A stretch of 64,000 nt of DNA from Bacteroidota bacterium (GTDB lineage Bacteria > Bacteroidota > Bacteroidia > Bacteroidales > F082): the NCBI GenBank assembly GCA_016715945.1, contig JADJXJ010000001.1, forward strand, positions 1,599,367-1,663,366, written 5' to 3'. Under the pieces are notes generated by a model, which saw only the letters and a program-made list of their open reading frames with translations, was not told where the DNA came from and ran no database searches. A program made the translations under genes and the position numbers. Positions 34,844 through 45,102 of the stretch are shown piece after piece. Positions within the stretch are counted from its first letter, which is position 1; each line of letters starts with the position of its first letter.

Positions 34844-35620
34844 TCAGAGGGTAAAGCGGAAGGTGTTTTTTATTTCCAGGTCGTTAGGCTTCTTGCCGCC
34901 CACAGGTTGAGAGCGGTAGAAAAACTCTGCACTCATCACAAACAGCCAACGCTCGTTGAGCGGGGTGCTCATGCTCATGTTGAGCGAATAGCGGTAATTG
35001 CTGAAATCGTTCAGGGCCGGCTGGAAGTAGTTCACCATATTGAAACTGAGGTTTTTGCCCGGATCCCACAGCAGCGAGAGGTAGGAAGAGGAGCGCATGA
35101 GGCTCGAAGTTTGCCTGGGCCTGGTCGAATAACTCTCGTGTTCGAGAAATACCCCGGTTCCCAGAAACAGGCGCACCTTGGCACGCGACTTCCATGCGCT
35201 GTCGGCAAGGTTCACAGGGTTGAACCTGAACCCCCCTCCCAGCAGCGTGCGGCTGCGCAGCAGGATGAACTCGTCGAATTGTTGCTGCAGATAGCCCTCG
35301 GCCATCATGACGGCTTTGTCGTCGAGGTCGTGGATGGCGCGAAAATGCACAAAGCCTTTGTGTGCTGAGGTTTTGCCCGACGATGTGCGCAGGTTGTATT
35401 CCAGAATGGTAAAATAGTCGGTGCGCGGTCCGTTGTAGTCCATCCTGAACCTGTCGGTCAGTTCCAGATAATTGGTGTTTCCACTGGCAATGTTGAGGCC
35501 GAAGGCATTGGTAAACATGAAGCCTTCGCGGGTGTTGTCGCGGTAATACCTTTCAATATTCACCTGGCTCATGGCCGAAAACGACCACAAGACCAGCAAA
35601 AGAATGGCAATTCGCTTCAT
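34844..35620 (-). CDS. DUF481-like outer-membrane beta-barrel protein
   Basis: Signal peptide, alternating beta-strand pattern, terminal ...IKNTFRFTL. ATGA overlap with the lolA stop. Confidence 0.6.
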   Translation of the reverse strand: MKRIAILLLVLWSFSAMSQVNIERYYRDNTREGFMFTNAFGLNIASGNTNYLELTDRFRMDYNGPRTDYFTILEYNLRTSSGKTSAHKGFVHFRAIHDLDDKAVMMAEGYLQQQFDEFILLRSRTLLGGGFRFNPVNLADSAWKSRAKVRLFLGTGVFLEHESYSTRPRQTSSLMRSSSYLSLLWDPGKNLSFNMVNYFQPALNDFSNYRYSLNMSMSTPLNERWLFVMSAEFFYRSQPVGGKKPNDLEIKNTFRFTL

Positions 35621-36258
35621 CGCATGTCAACTACATCGATGCCAGGATAATCGGCCGGATTGAAAGTGAAGAAGTTTCGCGGAAGGGTGGCATTGGGCGT
35701 CATGCGGCTGAGGTCGTAAATAAACTGGTTGCCGCCATTATCGAAGATCACAAGGCGCGACAGTTGCTCCGCGGCTTCGCGTACACCTACAATCACTTTG
35801 GGAAACTTGCTGCCGGCTTGAGCTTTCAATTCAATGGTTTTCAGTCCTTTGGCCTGATTATCTTTATCACTGCCAAAGGAAGCCTTATAATCCTTTGCAT
35901 AGGTAGTGAGGAGGTTGGTTGGGCTCAATGCCTCGTCGCCCTGACCTGCATTGCTCACCATTACCTCATTGCTTTCGGGGAGGTAGGTCCAGACAGTCTT
36001 TCCATCGCTGACGATGGTTTGCCCGTCGATGAGCACTTTATAGGCATCCCCGTTGAGGAAGAGGGTACCGTTCTTTTTTTCGTTGATTCCCGCCCTGGTG
36101 TTGATCATCTGGTAGGTGAAATCGATCTTGAGGTTAGGGGTGTTGCGGGTTTTGTCGATCACAGCGTTAAGGAGCTGATCGGCGTTTTTTTGGGCCATTA
36201 GCTGCTGAACCTGGAAAATTGCCCCGAAAAGGAGCATGAAAAAGATCAAACGCTTCAT
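35617..36258 (-). CDS. lolA: LolA-like outer-membrane lipoprotein carrier protein
   Basis: Signal peptide then LLNAVIDKTRNTPNLKIDFTYQM...GTLFLNGDAYKV. Conserved position directly after ftsK. Confidence 0.75.
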   Translation of the reverse strand: MKRLIFFMLLFGAIFQVQQLMAQKNADQLLNAVIDKTRNTPNLKIDFTYQMINTRAGINEKKNGTLFLNGDAYKVLIDGQTIVSDGKTVWTYLPESNEVMVSNAGQGDEALSPTNLLTTYAKDYKASFGSDKDNQAKGLKTIELKAQAGSKFPKVIVGVREAAEQLSRLVIFDNGGNQFIYDLSRMTPNATLPRNFFTFNPADYPGIDVVDMR

Positions 36259-38750
36259 TATTTTTCGTTGTTCGTACGACTGTAGTAATCCTTCAAAAAC
36301 TGTTCCAAAGCCATCGTGCCGTTCACTTTTACTTCGCGAGCCTTCGATCCTTCGAACGGACCTACGATGCCGGCGGCTTCGAGCTGATCGATGATGCGGG
36401 CGGCGCGGTTGTAACCAAGCTTGAGTTTGCGCTGAAGCAGCGAGGTCGAACCCTGTTGGGTTTCGACGATGACGCGGGCAGCATCTTCAAAAAGCGGGTC
36501 ACGTTCGCCCAAATCGAGCACTTCGCCCACTTCGTCCTGTTCATCCGCATATTCTGGCAGATGAAATGCATCGGGATAGCCTCGTTGCGATCCGATGTAA
36601 TCGGTAAGACGCTCTACCTCAGGTGTATCAATAAAGGCGCATTGCAGGCGGATGAGGTCGCTGCCGGTGCTGAGCAGCATATCGCCCCGGCCTACAAGCT
36701 GGTCGGCGCCGCCGGTGTCGAGAATGGTGCGCGAGTCGGTGCGCGAGATCACCCTGAATGCAATCCGTGCAGGGAAGTTGGCCTTGATGGTACCTGTGAT
36801 GATATTCACCGTAGGACGCTGGGTGGCGATGATAAGGTGGATACCCACCGCACGGGCCAGCTGCGCCAGCCGGGTGATCGGACCTTCAACTTCCTTGCCG
36901 GCAGTCATGATGAGGTCGGCAAACTCGTCAATAATCAGCACGATATACGGCAGAAAACGGTGTCCTTCGTTGGGGTTGAGTTTTCTCGACCGGAACTTCT
37001 CGTTGTATTCCTTGATGTTGCGCACCTGGGCATCCTTAAGCAGCTCGTAGCGGTTGTCCATCTCGATGGTGAGCGAGTTGAGGGTGCGCACCACCTTGCG
37101 GGTATCGGTGATGATGGCCTCTTCCGAATCGGGCAGTTTGGCCAGAAAATGCCGCTCGATACGGCTGTATAGGTTCAGCTCCACCTTTTTCGGGTCAACC
37201 ATCACAAACTTAAGCTCCGACGGGTGCTTGGTGTAAAGCAGCGAAGTGATGATCGCATTGAGGCCCACCGATTTACCCTGACCGGTGGCCCCTGCCATGA
37301 GGATGTGGGGCATGCGGGTAAGGTCGGCCACAAAGCTCTCGTTGGCTATGGTTTTTCCCAGGCCGAACGGAAGCTCGTAATTGCCCGACCTGAAACGCTC
37401 TGATGCAATGATGCTGCGCATCGAAACGATTTCGGGTTTCATATTGGGCACCTCGATACCCACCGTGCCTTTGCCGGGGATGGGTGCAATGATGCGGATA
37501 CCCAGGGCCGACAAGCTCAGCGCAATATCGTCTTCCAAACCCTTGATGCGGCTGATGCGGATGCCGGGCGCAGGAACAATCTCGTACAAGGTGACCGTTG
37601 GTCCGATGGTTGCCTTGATTTTTTCGATCCCGATGGAATAGTTTGCCAGGGTTTCGACAATGCGCTTTTTATTTGCTTCGAGTTCCGACCGCTCAACAGT
37701 GATGGTGCCGTCGCCGTATTCGAAGAGCAGCTCAATCGGGGGGAATTTATAATCGGGCAGGTCGAGACGGGGGTCGTACAAGGTATCCAGGGTCTGGCGT
37801 TCGATGGAACCTTTCTTGCGTTGATTTTCCTCAGGCTTATTGGCATTGGCCACCTCAAGGGGCAATTCGTCCACAGGTGCAGCAGCGGGTTTGTCAGCAA
37901 CAACAGCTGCAACGGTCGGCTCAAGCTCAAGCTCTATGGGCTTGTTGGTCGGCCTGACAGACACCTCTTCAATTTTTGATTCTTCATCCTCCACGGCATA
38001 TTCCACCGTGTTGTACAGGTCTCCCTTTTCGTCGGCAACACCGGTGCGGGCAGGTTGATCTTCCGGCTTTGGCTTTTTACCGAAAGTAATAGCAAAAGTC
38101 CAGATTATGAATACGATAAGAATGAACAGGATGACCATCATCAAGCCTGGTTTACCCAGAATTGCTGAAAGGTAGTCGCGGACAAAAAGGCCTGTGAGTC
38201 CGCCCAAAGTATTCAGAGGATGGTTGGGAAACAAGGTGGCCAGCAGCAGTGGCAGCCAGAGCAGGCTCATCACTGCATATTTCCAGATTCCCCAGCCACC
38301 CAGCAAGTTGCGTTTGAATACCAGCCTGTAGCCGATCAGAAAAGACAGAAAAGGCAGGAAAAAGGCACCCAGTCCGAACCCTTCTTTAACAAGGAGCTGA
38401 CTCAGGAATGCCCCCAGGTTACCCATCCAGTTGTTGATTTGCAATCCCTTTTCGGTGAGCACCAGGCGCACGGGAAGGTCGCTGAAATAATCGTCGGTGA
38501 GTTCGCCAAACCAGTTGATGTAGAACGAAACGAAGGCAAGAGCCAGGTAGGCCGAGGCAAACAAAAAGAAGATGCCGGTGGCCTGTGTGGTACGCGGCCC
38601 CATGCGGAGGATGGGAAGCTTACGCTTAGGCTTCGGAGGTTTTGGCGTTGCGGCCTTTTTTTTGTTTTCAGGCACAGCAGCACCTGCCGGCGCTGTTGTG
38701 CTGCTGTCGGGTGCGGTTTGTTCTAATAGCTTGTTTACTGGCCTGGCCAT
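36258..38750 (-). CDS. ftsK: DNA translocase FtsK
   Basis: N-terminal TM helices, a linker, and a motor domain ([29 protein letters not shown], a gamma domain with winged helix). ATG 38750 is preferred over the TTG at 38774. Confidence 0.9.
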   Translation of the reverse strand: MARPVNKLLEQTAPDSSTTAPAGAAVPENKKKAATPKPPKPKRKLPILRMGPRTTQATGIFFLFASAYLALAFVSFYINWFGELTDDYFSDLPVRLVLTEKGLQINNWMGNLGAFLSQLLVKEGFGLGAFFLPFLSFLIGYRLVFKRNLLGGWGIWKYAVMSLLWLPLLLATLFPNHPLNTLGGLTGLFVRDYLSAILGKPGLMMVILFILIVFIIWTFAITFGKKPKPEDQPARTGVADEKGDLYNTVEYAVEDEESKIEEVSVRPTNKPIELELEPTVAAVVADKPAAAPVDELPLEVANANKPEENQRKKGSIERQTLDTLYDPRLDLPDYKFPPIELLFEYGDGTITVERSELEANKKRIVETLANYSIGIEKIKATIGPTVTLYEIVPAPGIRISRIKGLEDDIALSLSALGIRIIAPIPGKGTVGIEVPNMKPEIVSMRSIIASERFRSGNYELPFGLGKTIANESFVADLTRMPHILMAGATGQGKSVGLNAIITSLLYTKHPSELKFVMVDPKKVELNLYSRIERHFLAKLPDSEEAIITDTRKVVRTLNSLTIEMDNRYELLKDAQVRNIKEYNEKFRSRKLNPNEGHRFLPYIVLIIDEFADLIMTAGKEVEGPITRLAQLARAVGIHLIIATQRPTVNIITGTIKANFPARIAFRVISRTDSRTILDTGGADQLVGRGDMLLSTGSDLIRLQCAFIDTPEVERLTDYIGSQRGYPDAFHLPEYADEQDEVGEVLDLGERDPLFEDAARVIVETQQGSTSLLQRKLKLGYNRAARIIDQLEAAGIVGPFEGSKAREVKVNGTMALEQFLKDYYSRTNNEK

Positions 38751-38771
38751 GCCACGGTATGCTTTAGCGGG

Positions 38772-38779
38772 CAAAATTA
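38772..38779 (-). promoter_or_regulatory. candidate -7 box TAATTTTG upstream of ftsK
   Basis: Reverse complement of caaaatta. Lies 22 nt upstream of ATG 38750. Confidence 0.45.
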
Positions 38780-38845
38780 AGCAATTCCGTTTGCCGGCGA
38801 CTTATACCAGTGCAGGACAATGGGATAGTGCACTTTCAATTGTGA

Positions 38846-38853
38846 TATCTTTG
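38846..38853 (+). promoter_or_regulatory. candidate -7 box TATCTTTG upstream of purE
   Basis: Matches TAnnTTTG. Lies 22 nt upstream of ATG 38875. Same octamer as at purK. Confidence 0.45.
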
Positions 38854-38874
38854 TGCCGATCAACAGCAAAAACC

Positions 38875-39378
38875 ATGACAACACAGCCACATGCCCTGGT
38901 GGGAATAATTATGGGATCGGACAGCGACCTGCCTGTAATGCGCGAAGCTGCTATTCAGCTCGATGGGTTTGGTATTCCGTGGGAGATGCGCGTTGTTTCG
39001 GCACACCGCACACCCGAATGGATGGTGGAATATGCCAAAACTGCCGCCGGTCGTGGGCTGAAGGTTATCATAGCCGGTGCCGGGGGTGCTGCACACCTGC
39101 CGGGCATGGTTGCCAGCCTGACGCCGCTGCCCGTAATCGGCGTGCCGGTAAAATCGTCCAACTCCATCGAAGGCATCGACTCTTTGCTTTCCATTGTGCA
39201 GATGCCCAAAGGCATACCCGTGGCCACCGTGGCCATCAACGGCGCTGCCAATGCCGGATTGCTCGCAGCCAGAATACTGGCTTCGGCCGACTCGAGTATC
39301 CGACAGAAAATGGAAGAATTTATGAAGCGGCAAACCCAGGCTGTGCTGGAGAAAGCCGCCAACGAACTGAAGATCTGA
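38875..39378 (+). CDS. purE: N5-CAIR mutase
   Basis: 167 aa from ATG 38875: [14 protein letters not shown]...VVSAHRTPE...[13 protein letters not shown]. The upstream part of the track ORF is antisense to ftsK. Confidence 0.9.
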   Translation: MTTQPHALVGIIMGSDSDLPVMREAAIQLDGFGIPWEMRVVSAHRTPEWMVEYAKTAAGRGLKVIIAGAGGAAHLPGMVASLTPLPVIGVPVKSSNSIEGIDSLLSIVQMPKGIPVATVAINGAANAGLLAARILASADSSIRQKMEEFMKRQTQAVLEKAANELKI

Positions 39379-39419
39379 CCTTTAGATGGTTCGTTAAATG
39401 AAATCCGATGCCCTGCGCA

Positions 39420-41906
39420 TCACTTCCCTGCCGAACGGGTATAGATGTTTTGCATATTGCGGTAACCCGGCCTGTCGAGGTACCAGTCGGGGTAGAGCTG
39501 CCCGCCCGATTGTGCCCAGTCGGCAAAACGCAGGTGGGTAAGCAGGATGTCGGCCTTTTCCACAGGATAATCGAAGGTCACGGGAATCTCAATGGCCCAG
39601 GGCAGGCTGCTTCCAGTTTTATAGTATTTTCCCGTGGCGCTGTTGCTGGCATCGTCGGAAGTTCCAAAATAGGCCGGATTGGCAAGTGCGGTAGGCGCAT
39701 GATCGGGCAGGTGAACCTCCTTGCCCCTGTCGCCCCCAACGATGATAAACGGGTTGAATGGCGCCTGACCGAAAACAGCCTGCGGCTGCGATAAGGTCAT
39801 GAACATGCTGAGGGTATCGGTAAGCAGATACGGTTGCTCAGGCACCGTGTTGATAAAGGTTTCCGAAGGATAAATGGTGTTGATGGCGTCCATGACAATC
39901 CACACCGTCTGGCTGCTGTGGCCGGCTTCGAAGCCTTTGGGATCGGTAGTGATGTAATTTGAGGCAATTGTACCGCCTGTTACAGAAGCCACATGTTCGG
40001 GCGCAATATCGAAAGCCACGGCAAAGCCGTTATCAAACCCGGCCCCGGCAGCCATCAGCCGGAACTTTCCTTCCACATCCACCAACTGGTTCTGTGCGTT
40101 GGTCACCATCCTGAAATTGGCAATCACAACCACATCGTTGAAGTCGAAATCGCCAAGCGAAGGCCAGAGGTCTTCGAAAGCAAAGGTGGTGAAAGTATTT
40201 TCGGCCGGATACCACGAAACGAATGCCCTCAGCGGATCGTTGGGAAAAGCATCCAGGTCGTCGGGCACACCATCGTTGTCGGTGTCGATGATGGCCACAG
40301 CGCCCAGTCCTTCGGGATTGCAGGCGGTGATGGGCAGGAAGTTTTGCTCGTTGCCCGGACTAACCACGGTAGCTCCATTGACAAAATGCTGGCTTACAGG
40401 CGTTCCCGGCAGGATATTCAACAAAGGTGTCGAAGCTTCGATGGCTCCCCTGACCTGCACGCCCGACATGGTGAACGAGGTGGTTGCCTTGATGGTATTG
40501 AGCTGCCCGTTGCCGTTGATGGTCCGGTAAAGCACAAACTGCGGGGTGGAAAGCATGCTGCCGTCGTTGAGATTGAATCCAGCACCTCCGTTTATCTGAA
40601 TCATTACGGCACTGCTAAGGTAACCCGAGTTGAATGCAGTGGTGCCCGAATTCACCTCGGCCTTGCCTTGCACTACAATCTTGCAATTGTTGAATACCGT
40701 GCTCGACGAATTGATGTTGAACCTTCCGGCAACACTGATGCTTCCATTGTTGGTAAATACCCTGCCTGAGTTGATGTTCAGGTCGCCGGATTCGGCACTC
40801 AGTGTGGCGATACTCCCGTTGTTGGTGAACGTAGAATTGCCATTGATGCTCAGCCTGTTGGTTTGTATTTCGAACAAACCCTCATTGATGCAGGTGCTGC
40901 CGTTGAATTCACAAAAGGTGCCTGCAACGGCCGTTCCAAAGTTCTCGAACCTGGCTACATTGTTGAATTTGAGCCAGGTAGCTGAACTTATTGTGCCGTA
41001 GTTGGTGATGGTTGCACCGTTGCAATCAATTTTGGATTGGGTTGTAAAAGCGCCAAGGTTGACAAAAGGTTCCGACAGACTTTGAATTACAGCCTCCTGA
41101 CTCACCTGGATAGTTCCATGGTTGAGCAATACCCCGGTTGTGGAAATATTGCCGTTGATATTCAGGGTGGCATTGGCATACACTTTCACGCTGTTGCTGT
41201 TGCCCCACATGGATATTGAACCCGTAGTAAGGCTGCCGGAGCCGGTAACAACGATATGGCAGTTGGTGCCCAGGGAAATATTCTGATTGATGTTGGCCGT
41301 GCCACAAACCTTGAGGGTGCCCCCACCGTTCCAGCTCTGAAAATTGACTGTCCCGTCGAATGTGCCTGTTACACAATATGTTTTGCCGTTACCGATATTT
41401 ACCTGTCCACTGCCCGAGATCACTTCGTCGCACACATCGCAGCCCGGACCAGGGTCAGGTTCCGGGATTCCAACCGACTTGAGCTGACTGATTTTAGCCG
41501 GGGGAAACCTGTACACCAGTTGGTTGCCGCTGAGGGTAAGCTGCTGCATCATCTGCTCGCCGGTGCTGGTATGCAATACCAGAAAGAGCGACTGCAGGTG
41601 TGCAGGCACATTGAGCGTCTGCTCAAAATCCTGTTGTGAATTCAGGCTGCCCGAAACAAGCTGTACCCCGCCCGCAAAGGGATTGCCACTGTAAATGCTT
41701 ATACGCGATTGCAGGGGGTAATATCCCGTTTGGGGAAGCCCGATTTTGACCGTTACCGGTTTGGTATTGGACCAGGTGAAGCCGGCCGGTACTTTCAAAT
41801 CGCGGGTGGAACCGGTCTTCTTGACAAAATCCGCATCCTTGCGGCATCCCCAACTGAAAATCATCAGCATGGAAAGGAATGCCAGACCTAAGCTATGAGC
41901 GCGCAT
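39420..41906 (-). CDS. LruC-domain lipoprotein with N-terminal Asn/Gly-rich parallel beta-helix-like repeats
   Basis: Lipobox (MIFSWGC). About 350 aa of N.N/G-rich pseudo-repeats. Then DTDNDGVPDDLDAFPNDPLRAF and FEDLWPSLGDFDFNDVVV, characteristic of LruC/DUF4842 regions. Confidence 0.7.
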   Translation of the reverse strand: MRAHSLGLAFLSMLMIFSWGCRKDADFVKKTGSTRDLKVPAGFTWSNTKPVTVKIGLPQTGYYPLQSRISIYSGNPFAGGVQLVSGSLNSQQDFEQTLNVPAHLQSLFLVLHTSTGEQMMQQLTLSGNQLVYRFPPAKISQLKSVGIPEPDPGPGCDVCDEVISGSGQVNIGNGKTYCVTGTFDGTVNFQSWNGGGTLKVCGTANINQNISLGTNCHIVVTGSGSLTTGSISMWGNSNSVKVYANATLNINGNISTTGVLLNHGTIQVSQEAVIQSLSEPFVNLGAFTTQSKIDCNGATITNYGTISSATWLKFNNVARFENFGTAVAGTFCEFNGSTCINEGLFEIQTNRLSINGNSTFTNNGSIATLSAESGDLNINSGRVFTNNGSISVAGRFNINSSSTVFNNCKIVVQGKAEVNSGTTAFNSGYLSSAVMIQINGGAGFNLNDGSMLSTPQFVLYRTINGNGQLNTIKATTSFTMSGVQVRGAIEASTPLLNILPGTPVSQHFVNGATVVSPGNEQNFLPITACNPEGLGAVAIIDTDNDGVPDDLDAFPNDPLRAFVSWYPAENTFTTFAFEDLWPSLGDFDFNDVVVIANFRMVTNAQNQLVDVEGKFRLMAAGAGFDNGFAVAFDIAPEHVASVTGGTIASNYITTDPKGFEAGHSSQTVWIVMDAINTIYPSETFINTVPEQPYLLTDTLSMFMTLSQPQAVFGQAPFNPFIIVGGDRGKEVHLPDHAPTALANPAYFGTSDDASNSATGKYYKTGSSLPWAIEIPVTFDYPVEKADILLTHLRFADWAQSGGQLYPDWYLDRPGYRNMQNIYTRSAGK

Positions 41907-42057
41907 TGGATTAGTTTTTTAATTCGATATTCAAATTTCGTGCAAAACAATATCATATTGATATTCAGCACTATAATCAGAATCTAAGTGGTAAGTGAGT
42001 ACAAAATTCAGCCTCGGTTTCCAATATTGGGATACGTGCTGAATAGCGGGCAGAAAA

Positions 42058-42861
42058 TCAGCTGTTGGTGACCGGGATGCCCAGGGCTTTCTGCAACTGA
42101 GGCACAGCCATTTTTCCGGCTTCGTAGCCAATGTCGAAGATTTCCTGGGCTTTATCGAATTCGAAAGTGGTGTAGTTTCTTGCCTCCGGCGGGTCGATCA
42201 GCAGGTGGCAATCGGGAAGCTGATCACGCAAGGTGTTTTGCACAGCAATGAAAAGGCAGCGCTCGCCCACCTGTCGCATGGTTTTGAAACTGCCATTGCT
42301 CATCACAGTGTGGTTGGAATTGACACCAACGATCAACCTTCCCTTTTTCTTCAGGCACGAAATTGGAAGGTTCAGGGTGAGTCCGCCGTCCACGTACTGG
42401 TATTTTCCGATGCGGACGGGTTCGAAAATGATGGGAATGGACGAGGAGGCCATGACCGCCCGTGCAAGATTGCCCTTACGAATCAGCTCGTTTTGCCCGG
42501 TATTGAGGTTGGTCACCGAAACGATGAGCGGAATCAGCAACTTTTCGAAGCTGTTGTGCGGGATGAACTTGTGAAGCTGTTCTTCGAGCACTTTAAGGCT
42601 GCCTATCCCACCTTTGAGACCGAGCCATTGCGGAAACGAAAAAAAGTCGGGCAATTTGATGGCTTTGAGCATGTCGTCGGGCGACACTCCGGCACAATAC
42701 AACGCGCCCACGATGCTGCCCATACTTGCTCCGGCCACTTCCAGCGGAACCAGGCCGGCCTCGTTGAACGCCTTGAGCACCCCGGCATGCACAATGCCAC
42801 GGGCACCACCCCCACTGAGCGAAATGGCAAATGAACTGAATTGTTCTTCGTTTTGCTGCAT
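42058..42861 (-). CDS. patatin-like phospholipase
   Basis: GGGARG oxyanion motif, GASMG nucleophile elbow, DGG catalytic Asp. ATG 42861 preferred. Confidence 0.85.
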   Translation of the reverse strand: MQQNEEQFSSFAISLSGGGARGIVHAGVLKAFNEAGLVPLEVAGASMGSIVGALYCAGVSPDDMLKAIKLPDFFSFPQWLGLKGGIGSLKVLEEQLHKFIPHNSFEKLLIPLIVSVTNLNTGQNELIRKGNLARAVMASSSIPIIFEPVRIGKYQYVDGGLTLNLPISCLKKKGRLIVGVNSNHTVMSNGSFKTMRQVGERCLFIAVQNTLRDQLPDCHLLIDPPEARNYTTFEFDKAQEIFDIGYEAGKMAVPQLQKALGIPVTNS

Positions 42862-42923
42862 AATAAAAAAAGCGACTACCCAAAGATAGCCGCTTTTATG
42901 CTTGGGTTGCACTTCGCCAGGTG

Positions 42924-43256
42924 TTATGCCTTGATCATGGTTAAAATCATTTTGAAGGCCTGCACCGCATGCAAGGCATGCGGCACATTGGCCGGCATGA
43001 TGACACTTTGACCGGCACTGACTTCCAGGGGATTGCCTCCGATCGTGATCACAGCTTTCCCTTCGATCACCTGAACCAGCGCATCAAAGGGAGCGGTGTG
43101 TTCCGAAAGCCCCTGGCCCTGGTCGAAGGCAAACAGGCTGACATTGCCTTTTTCATTTTTCATCACCTGCCGACTTACCACTGCACCACTTTGATATTCA
43201 ATGGAATCGACAAAGTCGAAAACCTTTGCGGTTTCGAAAAATTTTTGAGCTTGCAT
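42924..43256 (-). CDS. small cupin-domain protein
   Basis: 110 aa: GLSEHTAPFDALVQVIEGKAVITIGG...MPANVPHAL. Single cupin_2-like barrel. Confidence 0.7.
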   Translation of the reverse strand: MQAQKFFETAKVFDFVDSIEYQSGAVVSRQVMKNEKGNVSLFAFDQGQGLSEHTAPFDALVQVIEGKAVITIGGNPLEVSAGQSVIMPANVPHALHAVQAFKMILTMIKA

Positions 43257-43271
43257 GCGAAGGATAGATAT

Positions 43272-44549
43272 TTAGTTTTTGAAGAATACAGGTTTGTAGG
43301 TCAGCATAAGCCAGGCCCAGTTGGTAGTGTTTTCGTAGTTGCCGCCCCGAAGTTGCTGCAGCGTGGCCGTGCCGAACATATGCGAATAACCTGCCTGCAG
43401 ATTGGCCTGATCGTTGATCTTGTAATTGAGGCTAAAGTCGATCTCGGTGCCCAGACCGGCAGGCATGGTTTCGCCTCCCGGACCTGGCTTGACCACATCG
43501 GCAGCAGCAGAGAACATATGCGCTGTGAGGGCAAGCACGGTTTTGCCATTTTTTCCTGAAAGACCGAGATAAAGGTCATTCAGGCCAACGCTGTTGAGGT
43601 GGTTACCCACATAGAAGAAGTTCATGAAACCATTGAATTTGTGGTTGGTGCCATAGAAGGGGTTGAAGCTCTTATTGGTGTATCCGGTAGGGTCGGCGGC
43701 CTTGTCCTTCATGCTTGTACCCGAAAGGTGCTCAAAACCAAGGGTACCGGTCAAGCGGCTGTTGAGCTTGTAGTCGGCTGCTGCCAGGAAGTTCATGGCC
43801 GAAAGCTCGCGTTCGGTCACATCTTTTCCGCCGGTGTAGTAAAAATTGCCCTGCAGGGACAGCTTCTTTTCACTATAAGTGAGTCTGGTGCCTGCAGTCT
43901 GGCTGAATACGGTTTTGTAGCGCTCTTTGCCGTTCTCGGTGTAGATCTTTTCCATACCGTTGTTCAGGAACAGGATGCTCATGCCGACTTTACCAAGTTT
44001 TCGGTTGTACCACATGAACTGCATGCTTTTGTAGCTTCCCGGCAGTGCATAACGGGTGCCGGCGAGCAGGTCGGCTGTTTGGTTAAACGCAAATCCGAGG
44101 TGCAGCTTGAAGTCTTTTTCATACTTAAACAATGCGAGGTCGTGTGCCCTGGCCTGCTGTGCCCATTCCACATTACCCAGAATGCGGGCATCGTCGTAGT
44201 TAAGCTCCTGTCGTCCGGCCTTGACCGAGAAACCATCGGCAAACATCCATTCGGCCCAGGCCTGATGCACCATCACCCTGTTGCCTGTAATTCCCAGCTG
44301 GGGCGTTTCGCCCCAGAAGCGTACTTCCTGCAAGCTCAGGCCGGCTTTAAAATGATCCGACTTGTGTTCCAGATTGAGCCGGCTGCGCTGCGATACCTGA
44401 AAAGCAGCCTTGGCCGTGTCGGCCATGAGGGTTTTGAATCCATGGCGGTATTCGGCTCTCGGCCTGAACTCGCCCGAAATGGTGGTTTGCGCCAGCATCC
44501 AGGCCGGCAACACAAATAAAACAATGGTAGCAATAACGTTTTGTTTCAT
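43272..44549 (-). CDS. alginate-export-family outer-membrane porin
   Basis: Signal peptide then TISGEFRPRAEYRHGF...SQRSRLNLEHK...LQEVRFWGE, with the C-terminal strand LMLTYKPVFFKN. Confidence 0.7.
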   Translation of the reverse strand: MKQNVIATIVLFVLPAWMLAQTTISGEFRPRAEYRHGFKTLMADTAKAAFQVSQRSRLNLEHKSDHFKAGLSLQEVRFWGETPQLGITGNRVMVHQAWAEWMFADGFSVKAGRQELNYDDARILGNVEWAQQARAHDLALFKYEKDFKLHLGFAFNQTADLLAGTRYALPGSYKSMQFMWYNRKLGKVGMSILFLNNGMEKIYTENGKERYKTVFSQTAGTRLTYSEKKLSLQGNFYYTGGKDVTERELSAMNFLAAADYKLNSRLTGTLGFEHLSGTSMKDKAADPTGYTNKSFNPFYGTNHKFNGFMNFFYVGNHLNSVGLNDLYLGLSGKNGKTVLALTAHMFSAAADVVKPGPGGETMPAGLGTEIDFSLNYKINDQANLQAGYSHMFGTATLQQLRGGNYENTTNWAWLMLTYKPVFFKN

Positions 44550-44633
44550 GGTGTTTGGGTTTTTAGGTATAACGGTATTGATTTTCCTGTTTTTGAGCAA
44601 ATATTATTTTCAAGGTGATTTCAACTCTTCAAC

Positions 44634-45032
44634 TTACAGATAATCGGCCAGGGTGTTTCTGTTCAGGTGGTCGCGAAAGTCCTGGGTCATTTTGCGGGTA
44701 ACGTTGTCCATGATGCAACGGTTGAACGGGCAGATATGCTTGTCGTGCGGACAGCTGGTTACCTCAATTTTACCTTCGATGGACTCATAAATTTCGAGCA
44801 GGGTAATGTCTTTGGGGTCGCGTTTCAGGGTAAATCCGCCGCTTGGGCCGCGCAGTGACTCAAGAAAACCGTCTTTCACCAGGCGCTGAAAGATTTTGGC
44901 CACATGGTGCTTCGAACTTTTGGTTACTTCAGCTATCTGGAGCACATTGGTCACACCCTCGTTTTTGGCCACGACAATCATCCCATGCAGTGCAATGGAG
45001 GCAGCTTCGGTTAGTGTTACAATCTTTGTCAT
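44634..45032 (-). CDS. Rrf2-family transcriptional regulator with a three-Cys (Fe-S type) motif
   Basis: N-terminal wHTH (IALHGMIVVAKNEG...VTNVLQIAEVTKSSKHHVAKIFQRLVKDGFLESLRGPSGGF). Cys cluster is SCPHDKHICPFNRC (C-x6-C-x4-C). Confidence 0.85.
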   Translation of the reverse strand: MTKIVTLTEAASIALHGMIVVAKNEGVTNVLQIAEVTKSSKHHVAKIFQRLVKDGFLESLRGPSGGFTLKRDPKDITLLEIYESIEGKIEVTSCPHDKHICPFNRCIMDNVTRKMTQDFRDHLNRNTLADYL

Positions 45033-45054
45033 CGCCTTTTTAGTAATTAAATAC

Positions 45055-45062
45055 CAAAATTA
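45055..45062 (-). promoter_or_regulatory. candidate -7 box TAATTTTG upstream of the Rrf2 operon
   Basis: Reverse complement of caaaatta. Lies 23 nt upstream of ATG 45032. Confidence 0.45.
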
Positions 45063-45102
45063 GGCACTTTTTATGAAAGTCAAGCAACGGTACCCGTTTT
45101 TT

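Noticed and set aside
42058-42861. Patatin-like lipase as a CBASS-type defence effector
   Set aside because: No cyclase/nucleotidyltransferase, no sensor and no other defence gene is adjacent. The context (cupin, porin, Rrf2) does not look like a defence island.
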